Shown here: positions 21,001 through 30,338 of the stretch, piece by piece
How positions within the stretch are numbered: the stretch's first letter is position 1
How the letters are laid out: each line of letters starts with the position of its first letter
NCBI GenBank assembly: GCA_965205865.1
Contig: CBDBHR010000028.1
Coordinates: 64,001-128,000, forward strand
Length of the DNA: 64,000 bases
Reading direction: 5' to 3'
Source: a bacterium
Lineage (GTDB): Bacteria; SAR324; NAC60-12
Translations under genes and position numbers: made by a program
Notes under the pieces: generated by a model
Told to the model about the DNA's origin: nothing
Database searches by the model: none
What the model saw: only the letters and a program-made list of their open reading frames with translations

Positions 21001-21405
21001 CACTCGAAGGTAGCGGATCTTTACTTTGTGGATGCCAACACTCGTGAGCTTGCGATGCTGCTCGCGAGTGGCAAGCTGATGTTGGTTTTTTGGCTCGTGA
21101 TTGGTGACGATTTTGATGTAACGAGATCGAACCTCGCTAATTTTCCCGTGGACTTTGCCAGCTTACCCGAAACGACAAAGAAAAGCCTTTTGTCTATTTT
21201 GCCAGACTTGGAATCTGCTATGTCGGCTTCCATTCAGTACAAGGTGAATGCAGGCCTGCGCGTCGGTACATATAACTTGGCGAAATGTCGGCATGTGACT
21301 GACCTGAGCGATGCGCTGTTTGCATCGGCAATAGGATTCGACAACGTATTGGAGGACATTGATCTATACTACACCCAAGCGATAAAAACCGATTTTGGCA
21401 AATAA
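18088..21405 (+). CDS. Eco57I/type IIG-like DNA amino-methyltransferase with C-terminal TRD
   Basis: YLNGGLF, GAYYT, LDPTCGSGAF, DVIIGNPPY. Confidence 0.9.
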   Translation: MPSPFDRNKVRKYLQDFTLQSLFICELGWEHGGVDAEVSVAGETFALQAIAHKRGMVAYQCIAETENTFPDYPTRQKIEKAVAKIVHEHIIVYVSHDRNRHYWQWVKRQPGHPGRTRQHTYRSGQAGEALIQKLEQIAFTFEEEEKLTLVDVSGRVRAAFDVEKVTRKFYDRFKKEHDVFLRFIEGIENVADRAWYASLMLNRMMFIYFIQKRGFLDSDPHYLSNRLQRMQTEQGRDRFQTFYRLFLLRLFHEGLGQPETDRSPELVELLGQVPYLNGGLFDVHDLERDNPQIHIPDMAFATIFDFFDAYQWHLDDRPLRNDNEINPDVLGYIFEKYINQKQMGAYYTKEDITGYISRNTVIPFLFDQAGKHCPIAFQPGGGVWRLLSGDPDRYFYEAVRHGISYDIHTNEELADRRELPPEIAAGLHDVSKRSGWNKAASRDFALPTETWREHVSRRQHYETVHDRLSAGVVSSINELITYNLDVEQFARDVVTLSEGPELVRAFWKTLNTVSILDPTCGSGAFLFAALNILEPLYFACLAAMRGFLDDLERSGRKHHPEKLNDFRKVLQQVDAHSSESYFILKSIIVDNLYGVDIMAEAVEICKLRLFLKLVAQLESYEQIEPLPDVDFNVRAGNTLVGFTSLEKIREALTITSDGQRRILYPEDEAELRRLEEDAEIADRAFHRFREMQTGHDMDASEFSVAKLELRKRLDGLREELNRYLAREYGVESTDKIAYKQWRDSHQPFHWFVEFYGIMSSGGFDVIIGNPPYVATGKIRKSYSVRNMETEGCPDVYAWILERTANLLSDKGRSGKIVPLSLGFSSQFDVCRKFLFRHYEQNWFSSFGRIPDALFSFNVRVRNTVHLGHRSADPRVSYSTRLHRWYKEARALLFDNIQYVRFQPKLWDHRVPKLNTQPLAQAFESALERGKTLELTLQRVTNHKLYFKQTAYNWLTVCRILPPCYEGMQQVPHSKVADLYFVDANTRELAMLLASGKLMLVFWLVIGDDFDVTRSNLANFPVDFASLPETTKKSLLSILPDLESAMSASIQYKVNAGLRVGTYNLAKCRHVTDLSDALFASAIGFDNVLEDIDLYYTQAIKTDFGK

Positions 21406-21446
21406 AAGGTTAGCTGACGAAGGCGCTAGGAGATCCGATATGTGAC

Positions 21447-21602
21447 AACGGGACGGGTCACGCCGACAAGTTTGATCAGAAACCTTTAAAACCCATCGTT
21501 GACGAAATTGACCGAGTGTTCACACAGCAATACAGCTTCACGGACGAGGAGTTGGATTACATCATCAACTACGACATCAAGTACCGGATGGCAATTTGCT
21601 AA
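21447..21602 (+). pseudogene. Orphan alternative C-terminus of the same MTase family
   Basis: KPLKPIVDEIDRVFTQQYSFTDEELDYIINYDIKYRM, with no start codon. Confidence 0.7.
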
Positions 21603-21704
21603 GTCATACGAGACCATGAGCGACTTGACAAAACACGCGTGGTAAACTCGAAAAAACAGGATTGTCAACAGCAGGGCTCCGACTCCTATAGATCGGAAGT
21701 GAAA

Positions 21705-23105
21705 ATGACAGAATTTTTCAGATTCAGAAGTATAGAACAGTTGCTAGGAGATAAATACCAGGAGCTTGAAAGGCTAACTATCTACTTCGCCAGTCCTGAG
21801 GAACTCAATGATCCCATGGAAGGTTTCCGGGACATTGTGTGGAGCGGAGACAAAATTGTCTGGACCAATCTTTTCAAACATTACGTTCACTGCCTTTTTT
21901 TGACATATGTTAATTTTCAAGTAATTGGGGACACTACCGATTTGAAAGTCGTCGGCATCCCAATTTGGGGACGGTGGGATGAACCACTAAGCCCTCAAGC
22001 AAAAATTCAGTTTGATAACATCTGGGATAGGGTCTTCAATAAATGCGGACTAAGTAGACTCATTGAGAAAATAGTGAATATGAAGCGCAAAGTCAGACAC
22101 AATGAGCTACTGATTTATCTCTGGCCTATACATATTGATGTTGTGTTAGAAATCCAAGCAGAACTTGTTAAGCATGGTCTATTAACAGAATTAAAACTTC
22201 CACCACTTGGAAAATTACCCAGCGTAAAACAGTTTAACAAGATTTGTTTCTTTGAATCAATGGGACAGATTTAAGACAAAGAACTCATTGAAGTTTTCTC
22301 TTTATTTTCTCAATTAGTGTATCAATTAAAAATTGAGATGCGGCTTGTTTATAACAAAAATCGTACAATTGCTCCAGGAGTTCTAGAAAAGAACATGCAA
22401 CGGGTGTTAATCGATTTTCTCGAGATGTATGTGAAACGAATCGAGATCCTGCTTTGGCCCCAATGGTACACTGCTTGTTTTATGGGAAACTACCACAACT
22501 CGTCCGCATGGGGGCATTACGGAGGTGGCCATAAAGGCGTGTGTTTGATCTTTGAGGCTGTAGAATCGGATAAATCAAACAGCTTGGCATTGGATGGTTC
22601 CCCGAGGACTTTCTATGAGGTCAAATATGTGGAGAAAGCAGCTGAGATTTACTTCTTTCGGTCTATTGGTACGCTGCCAGAAGCCAAGCTGATGAATTTA
22701 TGGTATAGCGATCAAGATGGTAATCTCAGTGAATGTGGCAACCATATTGGAAAGGATGGTGACATTGACTCATGGAGGAAAAGCTATTGGGACGACTTTT
22801 ACGACTCAATCAGCATTAAAACCAAAGATTGGAACTATGAGCAAGAGCACCGGTTGATCTTAGATGGTCTACTCGGAAATCTCGAGAAAACGCAACGAGC
22901 CCTGAACTACGATTTCAACTCGTTGAAAGGTATTATTTTTGGAATGAGAACATCCGAAGAGGATAAGTTGAGAATTATTGAAATAATTAAACGGAAGTGC
23001 ATGGAAGAGAACCGTATTGACTTCAAGTTTTTTCAGGCCGACTACTCTCATGAGAGTGGCGACTTTCGCAAATATGAGATTTCTCAGATGTTTTCTGGTA
23101 CATAA
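21705..23105 (+). pseudogene. DUF2971-like protein with in-frame TAA at 22272-22274
   Basis: YFASPEELNDPMEG, WGHYGGGHKGVCLIF, KTKDWNYEQEHR; both ORFs are in the same frame. Confidence 0.75.
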
Positions 23106-23291
23106 TAATATCGACATACTTGGGAACTTTTCATGTAACCGGGATTCCCAAACTCCTGCGGTCTGGACTACGCTGCCCTCTTCTGCTCCACCCGCTGTCC
23201 CGCAGACGTTGTCCTCAAAATGTTCGATTTCACATCCCAGGCAGCGGGAGATGGGACTTGATAGCTGGACATAATTTTAGAAGAAATTGCC

Positions 23292-24218
23292 ATGCTGGTA
23301 TTTGACCTATTCTCGAAACGCCAAAAGAAACTTCGAGGGGATATCCCTGACGTCTATGTTTATGACGATTTGCCTGATCCTCTTAGAGTAAAAATTGTAC
23401 AAATCTGGTTGAAGACTCTTGGCAATGAACAACAAGCTATGTATGGAAATTATGTTTACGAACAAATAGTAGAAATCCTAAGGCATGAATATGGTGTTTT
23501 TCAATTACCAGTTACAAAAATGACTCCTCAGAACGCTTGTCAAGAGTTTGTAAATTTCTTCCTCCAAGAGAATGATATCGAAAAGGCTCTTGATGCAGTA
23601 GAGTTGTCATTTCGTTTAATAGATGGACCTACGAGAGAGTGGCAATACCTAAAACGACATGACGCTTCAGAAAAAGCAGATGACGCAATAGAAGAATTAA
23701 ATTACAGGTTCAGGGAGCATGGCATTGGTTATCAATTTTCGAATGGACAAATTATTCGCATGGATTCCGAGTTGATTCATGCCGAAATTGTTAAGCCTGC
23801 TCTCGAGTTGCTCAACCAACGTTACTATGCCGGAGCACAACAGGAGTTTTTGAAAGCGCACGAACACTAACGGAAGGGGAACGCGAAAGAAGCACTCAAT
23901 GAGTGTCTCAAAGCGTTCGAGAGTATAATAAAGGCAATTTGCGATAAGAGAGGCTGGAAAAATTTTAAAAAAGCAGCAGCAAAAGACTTAATAGAGGTGT
24001 GTTTTGACAACGACTTGATCCCATCGTTTTGGCAATCGCACTATTCATCCTTGAGAAATATTTTGGAGAGTAGTGTACCTACCGGTCGCAACAAGTTGAG
24101 TGGGCACGGTCAAGGTACAACTCCGGTATCCGTGCCAAATCACCTTGTTGCGTACATGTTGCACATGACGGCATCAGCTATTGTATTTCTGGCTGAAGCC
24201 GAAGAAAAATATCCATGA
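23292..24218 (+). pseudogene. AbiJ-N/Abi_C-related (STM4504-like) protein with in-frame TAA at 23868-23870
   Basis: FSKRQKKLRGDIPDVYVYD...HEH*RKGNAKEALNECLKAFES...RNKLSGHGQG in one frame. Confidence 0.75.
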
Positions 24219-24515
24219 TGACAAGCATAGGCATTGTTGCTTAAATAAAGTCGATGAGAAAACCTTTCCTTGTCCTTCTTATGCTTTGCGGGATTCCAGA
24301 ATTTCCAATATAATTTTTAAAGCACATCAAATCAAATTTTCGGTCACGTGATTGTCGAAGCGGGAGGCTCCGACCGGCTTCAGGGAATGCAAACAGTTTG
24401 GGTCAACAAGAGTTAACGACCGACGGTTACATTTTCCTTGACATCAACCGTCCATATGTTGCCTGGGCAACCTATCGAAGCGTGCTTATAACTCCCCCGA
24501 ATATAAAATAAGGAG

Positions 24516-25435
24516 TTGAGTCCGGCACAAAAAAGGAAGCTGTCCGATGTTTTGCGAGTCAAGGATGAAGGAGAGGCAGTCGCAGAGACACTTGAGAAGC
24601 GCATCAGCGGGGGCGGGCACTGCCCTCATTGCAAGCATAATCAATTTCAAAGGTGGGGAATATCACACGGGATGCAACGCTACCGTTGTAAAAGCTGCCT
24701 GAAGACCTTCAACGCAGCCACGGGGACCCCCGCGCGCCTGCGGAAAAAGGAGAAGTGGTTGGAGTATTCCAAGGCGATGGTTAACGGCCTGAGTGTCCGC
24801 AAGGTGGCCAGAAAATGCGGGATCGACAACAGCACCAGTTTCCGGTGGCGTCACCGTTTCCTGCATGGCTTGAGGGACAAGAAGGACAGCAGCCTCAAGG
24901 GGATAGTCGAGACCGACGAGACCTTCTTCCTGGAGTCGTTCAAAGGTTCGCGGAACCTGGGGCGCACAGCTCGCAATAGGGGCGGCAAGGCCACGAAGCG
25001 GGGGTTGTCGGCGGAGCAAATCCCGGTTCTGATCGCAAGGGACCGCCACGGAGAGATGACGGACGAAGTGCTGAAAGACCTCAGCGAAGTCTCGATCACC
25101 AAAGTGCTCAAGCCTGTCTTGGCACAGGATGCGGTCCTTTGCACGGACGGGAACAAATTTTATCAGGCATTCGTGGACACTGAGAACATCGCGCATGTCC
25201 GGCTGATCGCCTCCAACGAAAGCAGGGTCATTGACAAGGTCTATCACATTCAAAATGTCAACGCATATGACAGCCGTTTAAAAGGCTGGATGCGCCGATT
25301 CAATGGGGTTGCAACAAAATACTTCCCGAATTACTTGGGATGGAGGCGATGCCTTGAAAAACAGGGAAATTCAATCGCAGCGGTGACCTATCTCCATTGT
25401 GCTTTGGAGTGACAAATACTAAACGCAAATAGAGC
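24516..25435 (+). mobile_element. IS1595-family transposase (5' end probably clipped)
   Basis: Zn ribbon CPHC/YRCKSC, ETDETFF, CTDG, YHIQNVNAYDSRLKGW, GVATKY. Confidence 0.85.
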
Positions 25436-25525
25436 AAAAAGATTGATTCTGATAATAGGATTTGCTAATATTCAGTATCTATTAAGTTACCGGACTGTAC
25501 AAATACAAGCACATCAAAATAAATG

Positions 25526-25553
25526 TTGACAGAATCGAATTATGGGCTATACT
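25526..25553 (+). promoter_or_regulatory. Putative sigma70 promoter
   Basis: TTGACA-16 bp-TATACT, 43 bp upstream of an ATG with GGAGGGAG RBS. Confidence 0.55.
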
Positions 25554-25595
25554 GCTCATTTAATGTAATTAATTTAAATTCACGATGGAGGGAGC

Positions 25596-26051
25596 ATGAA
25601 CACTGATCAAATCATCAAAGAAAACAAGAATCTAAAAAATCTGGTAAAATTTTATGAAGACGATATTGAAGCTCATAAGATTCTCTTTGAGAAATATATG
25701 GATCTTCTTGAGAAATATAAAATAATTTTTATTGAAGAAGAAATTATAGATATTGAAGTCAAAAAGGACAAAATTACAAATATCAAAAAGAAAAGGCCAG
25801 TACCTTCTGGGATCCATTCATATTTAAAGGAACATGGAGGACCAGCTACAATTGAAGAAATTAGACAAGAATTAGTTCAAAAAGGAATTGGAAAATGGAA
25901 GGATGAGAATACTGGAAACCGAGCAGTTAACATGTCCACCTCTCGAAATAAAAATTTTAAACTCATCTCAGACAATAAAGATATCAAACTTAAAAAATAT
26001 GCACTGGTAGAATGTGAGGATGAAAATGAGAACGTGAATAAGGAAAGCTAG
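25596..26051 (+). CDS. Hypothetical AT-rich protein, coiled-coil + possible winged HTH
   Basis: Clean ORF with promoter and RBS; YLKEHGGPATIEEIRQEL is HTH-like. Confidence 0.55.
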   Translation: MNTDQIIKENKNLKNLVKFYEDDIEAHKILFEKYMDLLEKYKIIFIEEEIIDIEVKKDKITNIKKKRPVPSGIHSYLKEHGGPATIEEIRQELVQKGIGKWKDENTGNRAVNMSTSRNKNFKLISDNKDIKLKKYALVECEDENENVNKES

Positions 26052-26179
26052 CGTTATTCCTTATTCACGAAAAATTATATTTAACTTCAACCTCAAACAA
26101 AGGATATCTCAATGTGGAAGAAAAGAAGATAATCAGTTCGGCCTTTCTACTGAAAAGATGAAAGGTCGAACCAAAAAAC

Positions 26180-26264
26180 GAAGAGCATCGCAACATGGTT
26201 GTTGCTACTGATTGAAAATCAGATGATACTGCAGAGTTATAGGGTTCGATTCCCTTGCTCTCCG
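26180..26264 (+). tRNA. Degenerate tRNA-like sequence, type II (Ser-like body, loop reads GAA)
   Basis: GAAGAGC/GCTCTCC acceptor, CTGA-TTGAAAA-TCAG anticodon arm, long variable region, AGGGTTCGATTCCCT T-arm, no CCA. Confidence 0.55.
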
Positions 26265-26284
26265 TATCTTTAAATAATGTAAGA

Positions 26285-26356
26285 GATAGGATAAGCAAAA
26301 GGTTACGGAACTGGACTGACACTTCAGATCAGTGGGTTCGAATCCCACTCCCCAGA
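26285..26356 (+). tRNA. Degenerate tRNA-Val(GAC)-like sequence
   Basis: CTGGA-CTGACAC-TTCAG anticodon arm, GTGGGTTCGAATCCCAC T-arm; acceptor and D arms broken. Confidence 0.5.
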
Positions 26357-26443
26357 AAATACAATACGGCAACGGACGTTTTGTTTCATGGTAGCATGCC
26401 GATTTGCTTCGCAACTCACCGCACATAAGACGTAAGACGAGAG

Positions 26444-26901
26444 ATGGCGCTCGAGGAGGTTCGAGTTCAACAATTCCCTGAGAGAGTATCACGGTTAAAC
26501 GGGATATTTTGTTTCCCGGACAGCGAGGTTGCAACCGACGTTGCTCATCATTGGGGAGGCCACTTTAAGATAGAGAACCTGGCTGAGGTCAATCTTCTCG
26601 AGGCTAAAGGAAGAGATCGGTTGGATTCCAACTGGATTACCTACGCTGGCTCCAATAAAGTTCTCCCTTCGGATGCGTGGATACCGCGTTATTGGCGAGG
26701 AGAACCCTATCCTGGCAAAAAGCCAATTTGGGAAACGCTTGTCGAAGGCAAATTAACGGTACTTGGTACAGATCTTCGTAAGCAGGCATACGAAATTGTG
26801 AGAGCTAATTGGCCTGATAGCTTCATGTTTTCAGAAATCTCCCGGCTAGGTGCTTGGGTCGGCTCGGACATCGGAAGCATGAGTGTTTTCATGGCAGAGG
26901 A
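26444..26901 (+). pseudogene. Hypothetical protein fragment truncated by an IS relic
   Basis: LEEVRVQQFPERVSRLNGIFCF...YWRGE looks coding; the frame runs into an opposite-strand transposase. Confidence 0.45.
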
Positions 26902-27264
26902 TATGGAAAGTAAGGAGATTTCCTGACCTTTTTTACTATGACCCGCTGCTCCGCTCCAGAAAGAATCGATGCCATAGCTCTTCTTGCCACTTTTGGAGAT
27001 AAAAGAACAATCAATGGCGGCGATCTTCTGGTGAGGGGAGGGAATGGTTTCTTCGATGAGACGATGGTTAAACTCAGCAAAATCGAAGGACTTGCGAAAA
27101 TAGCGTAAGCAGGTCATTTCGCTCAAATCACTGTAACGACTGAGGTTGCGCAAGTTCATTCTGCCTCTCAAAACGATGATCGTTGAAAAAAGGATCATCA
27201 AAAATTTCTTCTGAGGTCTCGAAACGTTGGACATTTGCGATAGAATTCGATCAACTATGCTCAT
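26902..27264 (-). mobile_element. DDE transposase N-terminal fragment (IS4/IS701-like)
   Basis: NLRNLSRYS, IAAIDCSFISKSGKKSYGIDSFWSG, GQEISLL. Confidence 0.7.
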
Positions 27265-27606
27265 AGAGTACTCCTGGGTTGAAATGAAAATTTCGTATGG
27301 AAACAAAATTCTCTCAACCCGGTGTGCTCTTGTCCAATCTTTTCTTATCTCATGCAAAAACTGTTAGAACTATTGTCTCGAGGTATTGGTAAGCTATTGT
27401 TTCGAAAGTATTGCCCGAATCTCTCCTGCTCTCAAAGCGCCTGAAACAAAGGCTCAACGAAATCGAGACCCATGGGCTCGCCTCACTTTAGTCGTAGGCT
27501 GTTTTGCGTGTCATTTTCACCTCCTTTCTCAGGCATGTTGTTAACCAGTTTCAGCAGCTTTCACCGCAATCCCAAGGGCTCGCCCAAGGATTCGTTTCAC
27601 TATGCA

Positions 27607-28211
27607 TTACTTGTGAGCCCTGGCCTTGAGTTTGTTGATGGCTTTCTCAACCGACTTCGTGCGATGGACCCTCATTCGGCCGACGCCACCCCTCAATCTC
27701 GGGTCGAGCAGGTCTCTCAAAGCATCACCGAAAACGTTTATCCCGAATACAACGATGCTCAGGACGACACCCGGCCAGATAGACATCCACGGCGCCAGCA
27801 ACATGTAACGCCGACCGCCAATACTGAGCATCCCACCCCAGCTGGGAGCGGGTGGCGGGACACCATAGCCGAGGAAGCTCATCGTCGTCTCAGCTATGAT
27901 CATATAGCCGAGGGCTGCGGAAAATATGACGATTATGGGAGTGGTGATGTTGGGAAAGACATGCAGGAAAAGGATCCTCACATTACTACGGCCAATAGCC
28001 TGTGCGGCAGCTATATATTGGCTCTCCTTCAATCCAATGACGGCGCTTCTGACGATTCTCGAGTTACGGATACCATTGATCAGACCAAGCACGATGATTA
28101 CCTGGAGAAGGCCCGGCCCGATAACGGCTATGAGACCCGGCACAATGACCAGCCACGGGAAACTCATGGCGGCATCGACGAACCTTCGGACCAGGATGTC
28201 GATCTTGCCAG
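27607..28211 (-). pseudogene. DppC-like permease, 5'-truncated
   Basis: RFVDAAMSFP...SFLGYGVPPPAPSWG...GDALRDLLDPR; N-terminus absent. Confidence 0.75.
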
Positions 28212-28245
28212 TATCCTTTTCGAGGGAAGGGCTCCTTTGGTGCGC

Positions 28246-29217
28246 TTACCCGTTGAAAGGGTTGATCAGACGGGCCAGGAGGCTTCTTTTGCGTTTCACC
28301 ACCGCGGTGCCGTAACTGCCCTCACCACCACGAAGTCGGGGGTCGAGCAGGTCCCTGAGGGCATCTCCGAACATGTTGAGGGAGTAGACGATAATCGTCA
28401 GGCAGAGCCCCGGCCAGAGCGCCAACCAGGGCGCCTGCTCCATGTACTGACGCCCTTCAATGCTGAGCAAACTTCCCCAGTCAGGACTGCCGGGGGGCAG
28501 CCCGAATCCGAGGAAGCTCAGCGAAGCCAGGCTGAGGATGTGGCCTCCGATGCTGATGCTGAAAACGATGATGATGACCGGCATAATATTGGGTACGACA
28601 TGACGGATCAGGGTTCTCACTCTTCGGTTGCCAGTCGCCTCTGCCGCCAGAAAGTAATCATTCTCCTTAATGGCTATCACGGCGCCTCTGATGACTCTGG
28701 ATCCGCCGATGCCTCCGGATATCCCCAGGACCAGGATGATCTGGGGGATCCCCGGCCCCACGATGGACATGATCGTTAGCAACAGGATCAGTCCCGGGAA
28801 AACTATCCAGGCATCGACAACCCTCTGCACTATAATGTCAAACTTACCCCCAATGAATCCGGAAGTGCCGCCGATCAGGGTACTGATCACCGTACTGAGC
28901 GCGGTGATGGACAGACCGATCAGGATGGAAAGACGACCCCCCAGGATCAGGCGGCTCAGGAGGTCCCGCCCGATGTGGTCGGTCCCCAGGAGATACTGGG
29001 CGGATGAGCCCTGAAACCGGTCTCTCAAGTGTATTTTATCAGGGGGATAAGGGGTCAGCGCATCGGCAAAGATCGCCACCAGAATCCAGATCAAGATGAT
29101 CATCCCGCAGACAGTACCCAGCGGCTTCTCCCTGACCAGCCTGATCAAGAATTCCGCCAGCCTGCTACGTCTCTTTGGCTCGATTACTGGTAATGGTATC
29201 CCTGTGGCGTCACTCAT
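28246..29217 (-). CDS. Peptide/nickel ABC permease (DppC-like), copy 1
   Basis: LLGTDHIGRD, LSFLGFG, GDALRDLLDPR. Confidence 0.9.
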   Translation of the reverse strand: MSDATGIPLPVIEPKRRSRLAEFLIRLVREKPLGTVCGMIILIWILVAIFADALTPYPPDKIHLRDRFQGSSAQYLLGTDHIGRDLLSRLILGGRLSILIGLSITALSTVISTLIGGTSGFIGGKFDIIVQRVVDAWIVFPGLILLLTIMSIVGPGIPQIILVLGISGGIGGSRVIRGAVIAIKENDYFLAAEATGNRRVRTLIRHVVPNIMPVIIIVFSISIGGHILSLASLSFLGFGLPPGSPDWGSLLSIEGRQYMEQAPWLALWPGLCLTIIVYSLNMFGDALRDLLDPRLRGGEGSYGTAVVKRKRSLLARLINPFNG

Positions 29218-29226
29218 ATTCCCCCT

Positions 29227-30249
29227 TTAGCTGTAGCGGACCCTGGGGTCCAAATAGGGATAAATCAGGTCGGTCAGGAGAATGATCACCATCACGAGGG
29301 AGGCGTAAAACATGTTGACTCCGGAGACCACCGGGTAGTCTCGCAGTTTGAGTGCATTCAGCAAGAGATCACCTAGTCCGGGCAGGTTGAAGATGTTCTC
29401 CATGATCACCGAGCCACCGATCAGGAGTGGCAACTGCATGCCGATCAGAGTCACGACCGGGATGAGGGAATTTTTAATGGCGTGTCTTATCACCACGATA
29501 CGCTCCCGGAGCCCCTTGGACCAGGCGGTGCGGATATAATCCTGCCGGAGCACCTCCAGCATCATGGTGCGCGTCATCCGCATGGTGCTGGCCGACATGG
29601 CCGTCCCCAGAATTAGGCTGGGAATGATGAGAATCCCGAGATTCCCCAGCGGGTCTTCGGTGAAAGGAACCCACTCCATCGGGGGCGACCAACCCCACCA
29701 GATCGCTGGGAAGATCATCACCATCAGGGCCAGCCAGAAGTTGGGAGTTGCCATGCCGATGATGGCGGCGGTGCGCCCCACGTAGTCGGCGGCCGTATCC
29801 TGGCGAATCGCCGAGTAGATGCCGACGGGCAGCGCGATCACCAACCCGATGACGATGGACAGGACACCAAGCCCCATGCTGACCGGTAATCTACCTATTA
29901 GCTTCTCCTCTACCGCCCACTGGCCAAACAGTGACGTGCCAAGGCTGCCCTGGAGGAGACCTTTAAAGTGGGACTCACCGGTAAGCCAGTCAGGGGTCGG
30001 CAACACTCCTATCCAGCGTCCATACTGCACGTAGACAGGCACGTCCAGTCCCAGCATACGCTCAAGAGCTTCACGGTCAATCTCCCATGCCCCCCCCAGG
30101 TACTCCTCTGACACCAGCATTCCCACCATTACGTCTATTGCATCGCCCGGGATGAAGCGCACCGAGAGAAAGACGATGATGCTCAGGATAAACAGGGTGG
30201 GGATGATCAGTAATATCCGCCTGATGATATAGGCTCTCATCTCGCACAC
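29227..30249 (-). CDS. Peptide/nickel ABC permease (DppB-like), copy 1
   Basis: RFIPGDA, MLEVLRQDYIRTAWSKG, LDPRVRY. Confidence 0.9.
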   Translation of the reverse strand: MCEMRAYIIRRILLIIPTLFILSIIVFLSVRFIPGDAIDVMVGMLVSEEYLGGAWEIDREALERMLGLDVPVYVQYGRWIGVLPTPDWLTGESHFKGLLQGSLGTSLFGQWAVEEKLIGRLPVSMGLGVLSIVIGLVIALPVGIYSAIRQDTAADYVGRTAAIIGMATPNFWLALMVMIFPAIWWGWSPPMEWVPFTEDPLGNLGILIIPSLILGTAMSASTMRMTRTMMLEVLRQDYIRTAWSKGLRERIVVIRHAIKNSLIPVVTLIGMQLPLLIGGSVIMENIFNLPGLGDLLLNALKLRDYPVVSGVNMFYASLVMVIILLTDLIYPYLDPRVRYS

Positions 30250-30294
30250 CTCATCATTTTTGAAATTGGCAGGGAAACGCGGGGTATCCTAGAG

Positions 30295-30320
30295 TGGACC
30301 GGGCAGTCCTGCCCGGTCCA
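30295..30320. terminator. Perfect 12-bp hairpin between SBP and permease (repeated at 35036-35061)
   Basis: TGGACCGGGCAG-TC-CTGCCCGGTCCA; terminator or mRNA-stabilising role not established. Confidence 0.45.
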
Positions 30321-30338
30321 TCAGTACTTCCAGTCGGC

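Noticed and set aside
14751-24218. Complete DISARM or BREX system
   Set aside because: drmA/B/C, pglZ and brxC homologues are not present in the window.
27472-28779. 435-aa plus-strand ORF, and similar long antisense ORFs at 53240, 54092, 16401, 13121 and 10829
   Set aside because: Shadow frames opposite well-supported genes, with no family motifs.
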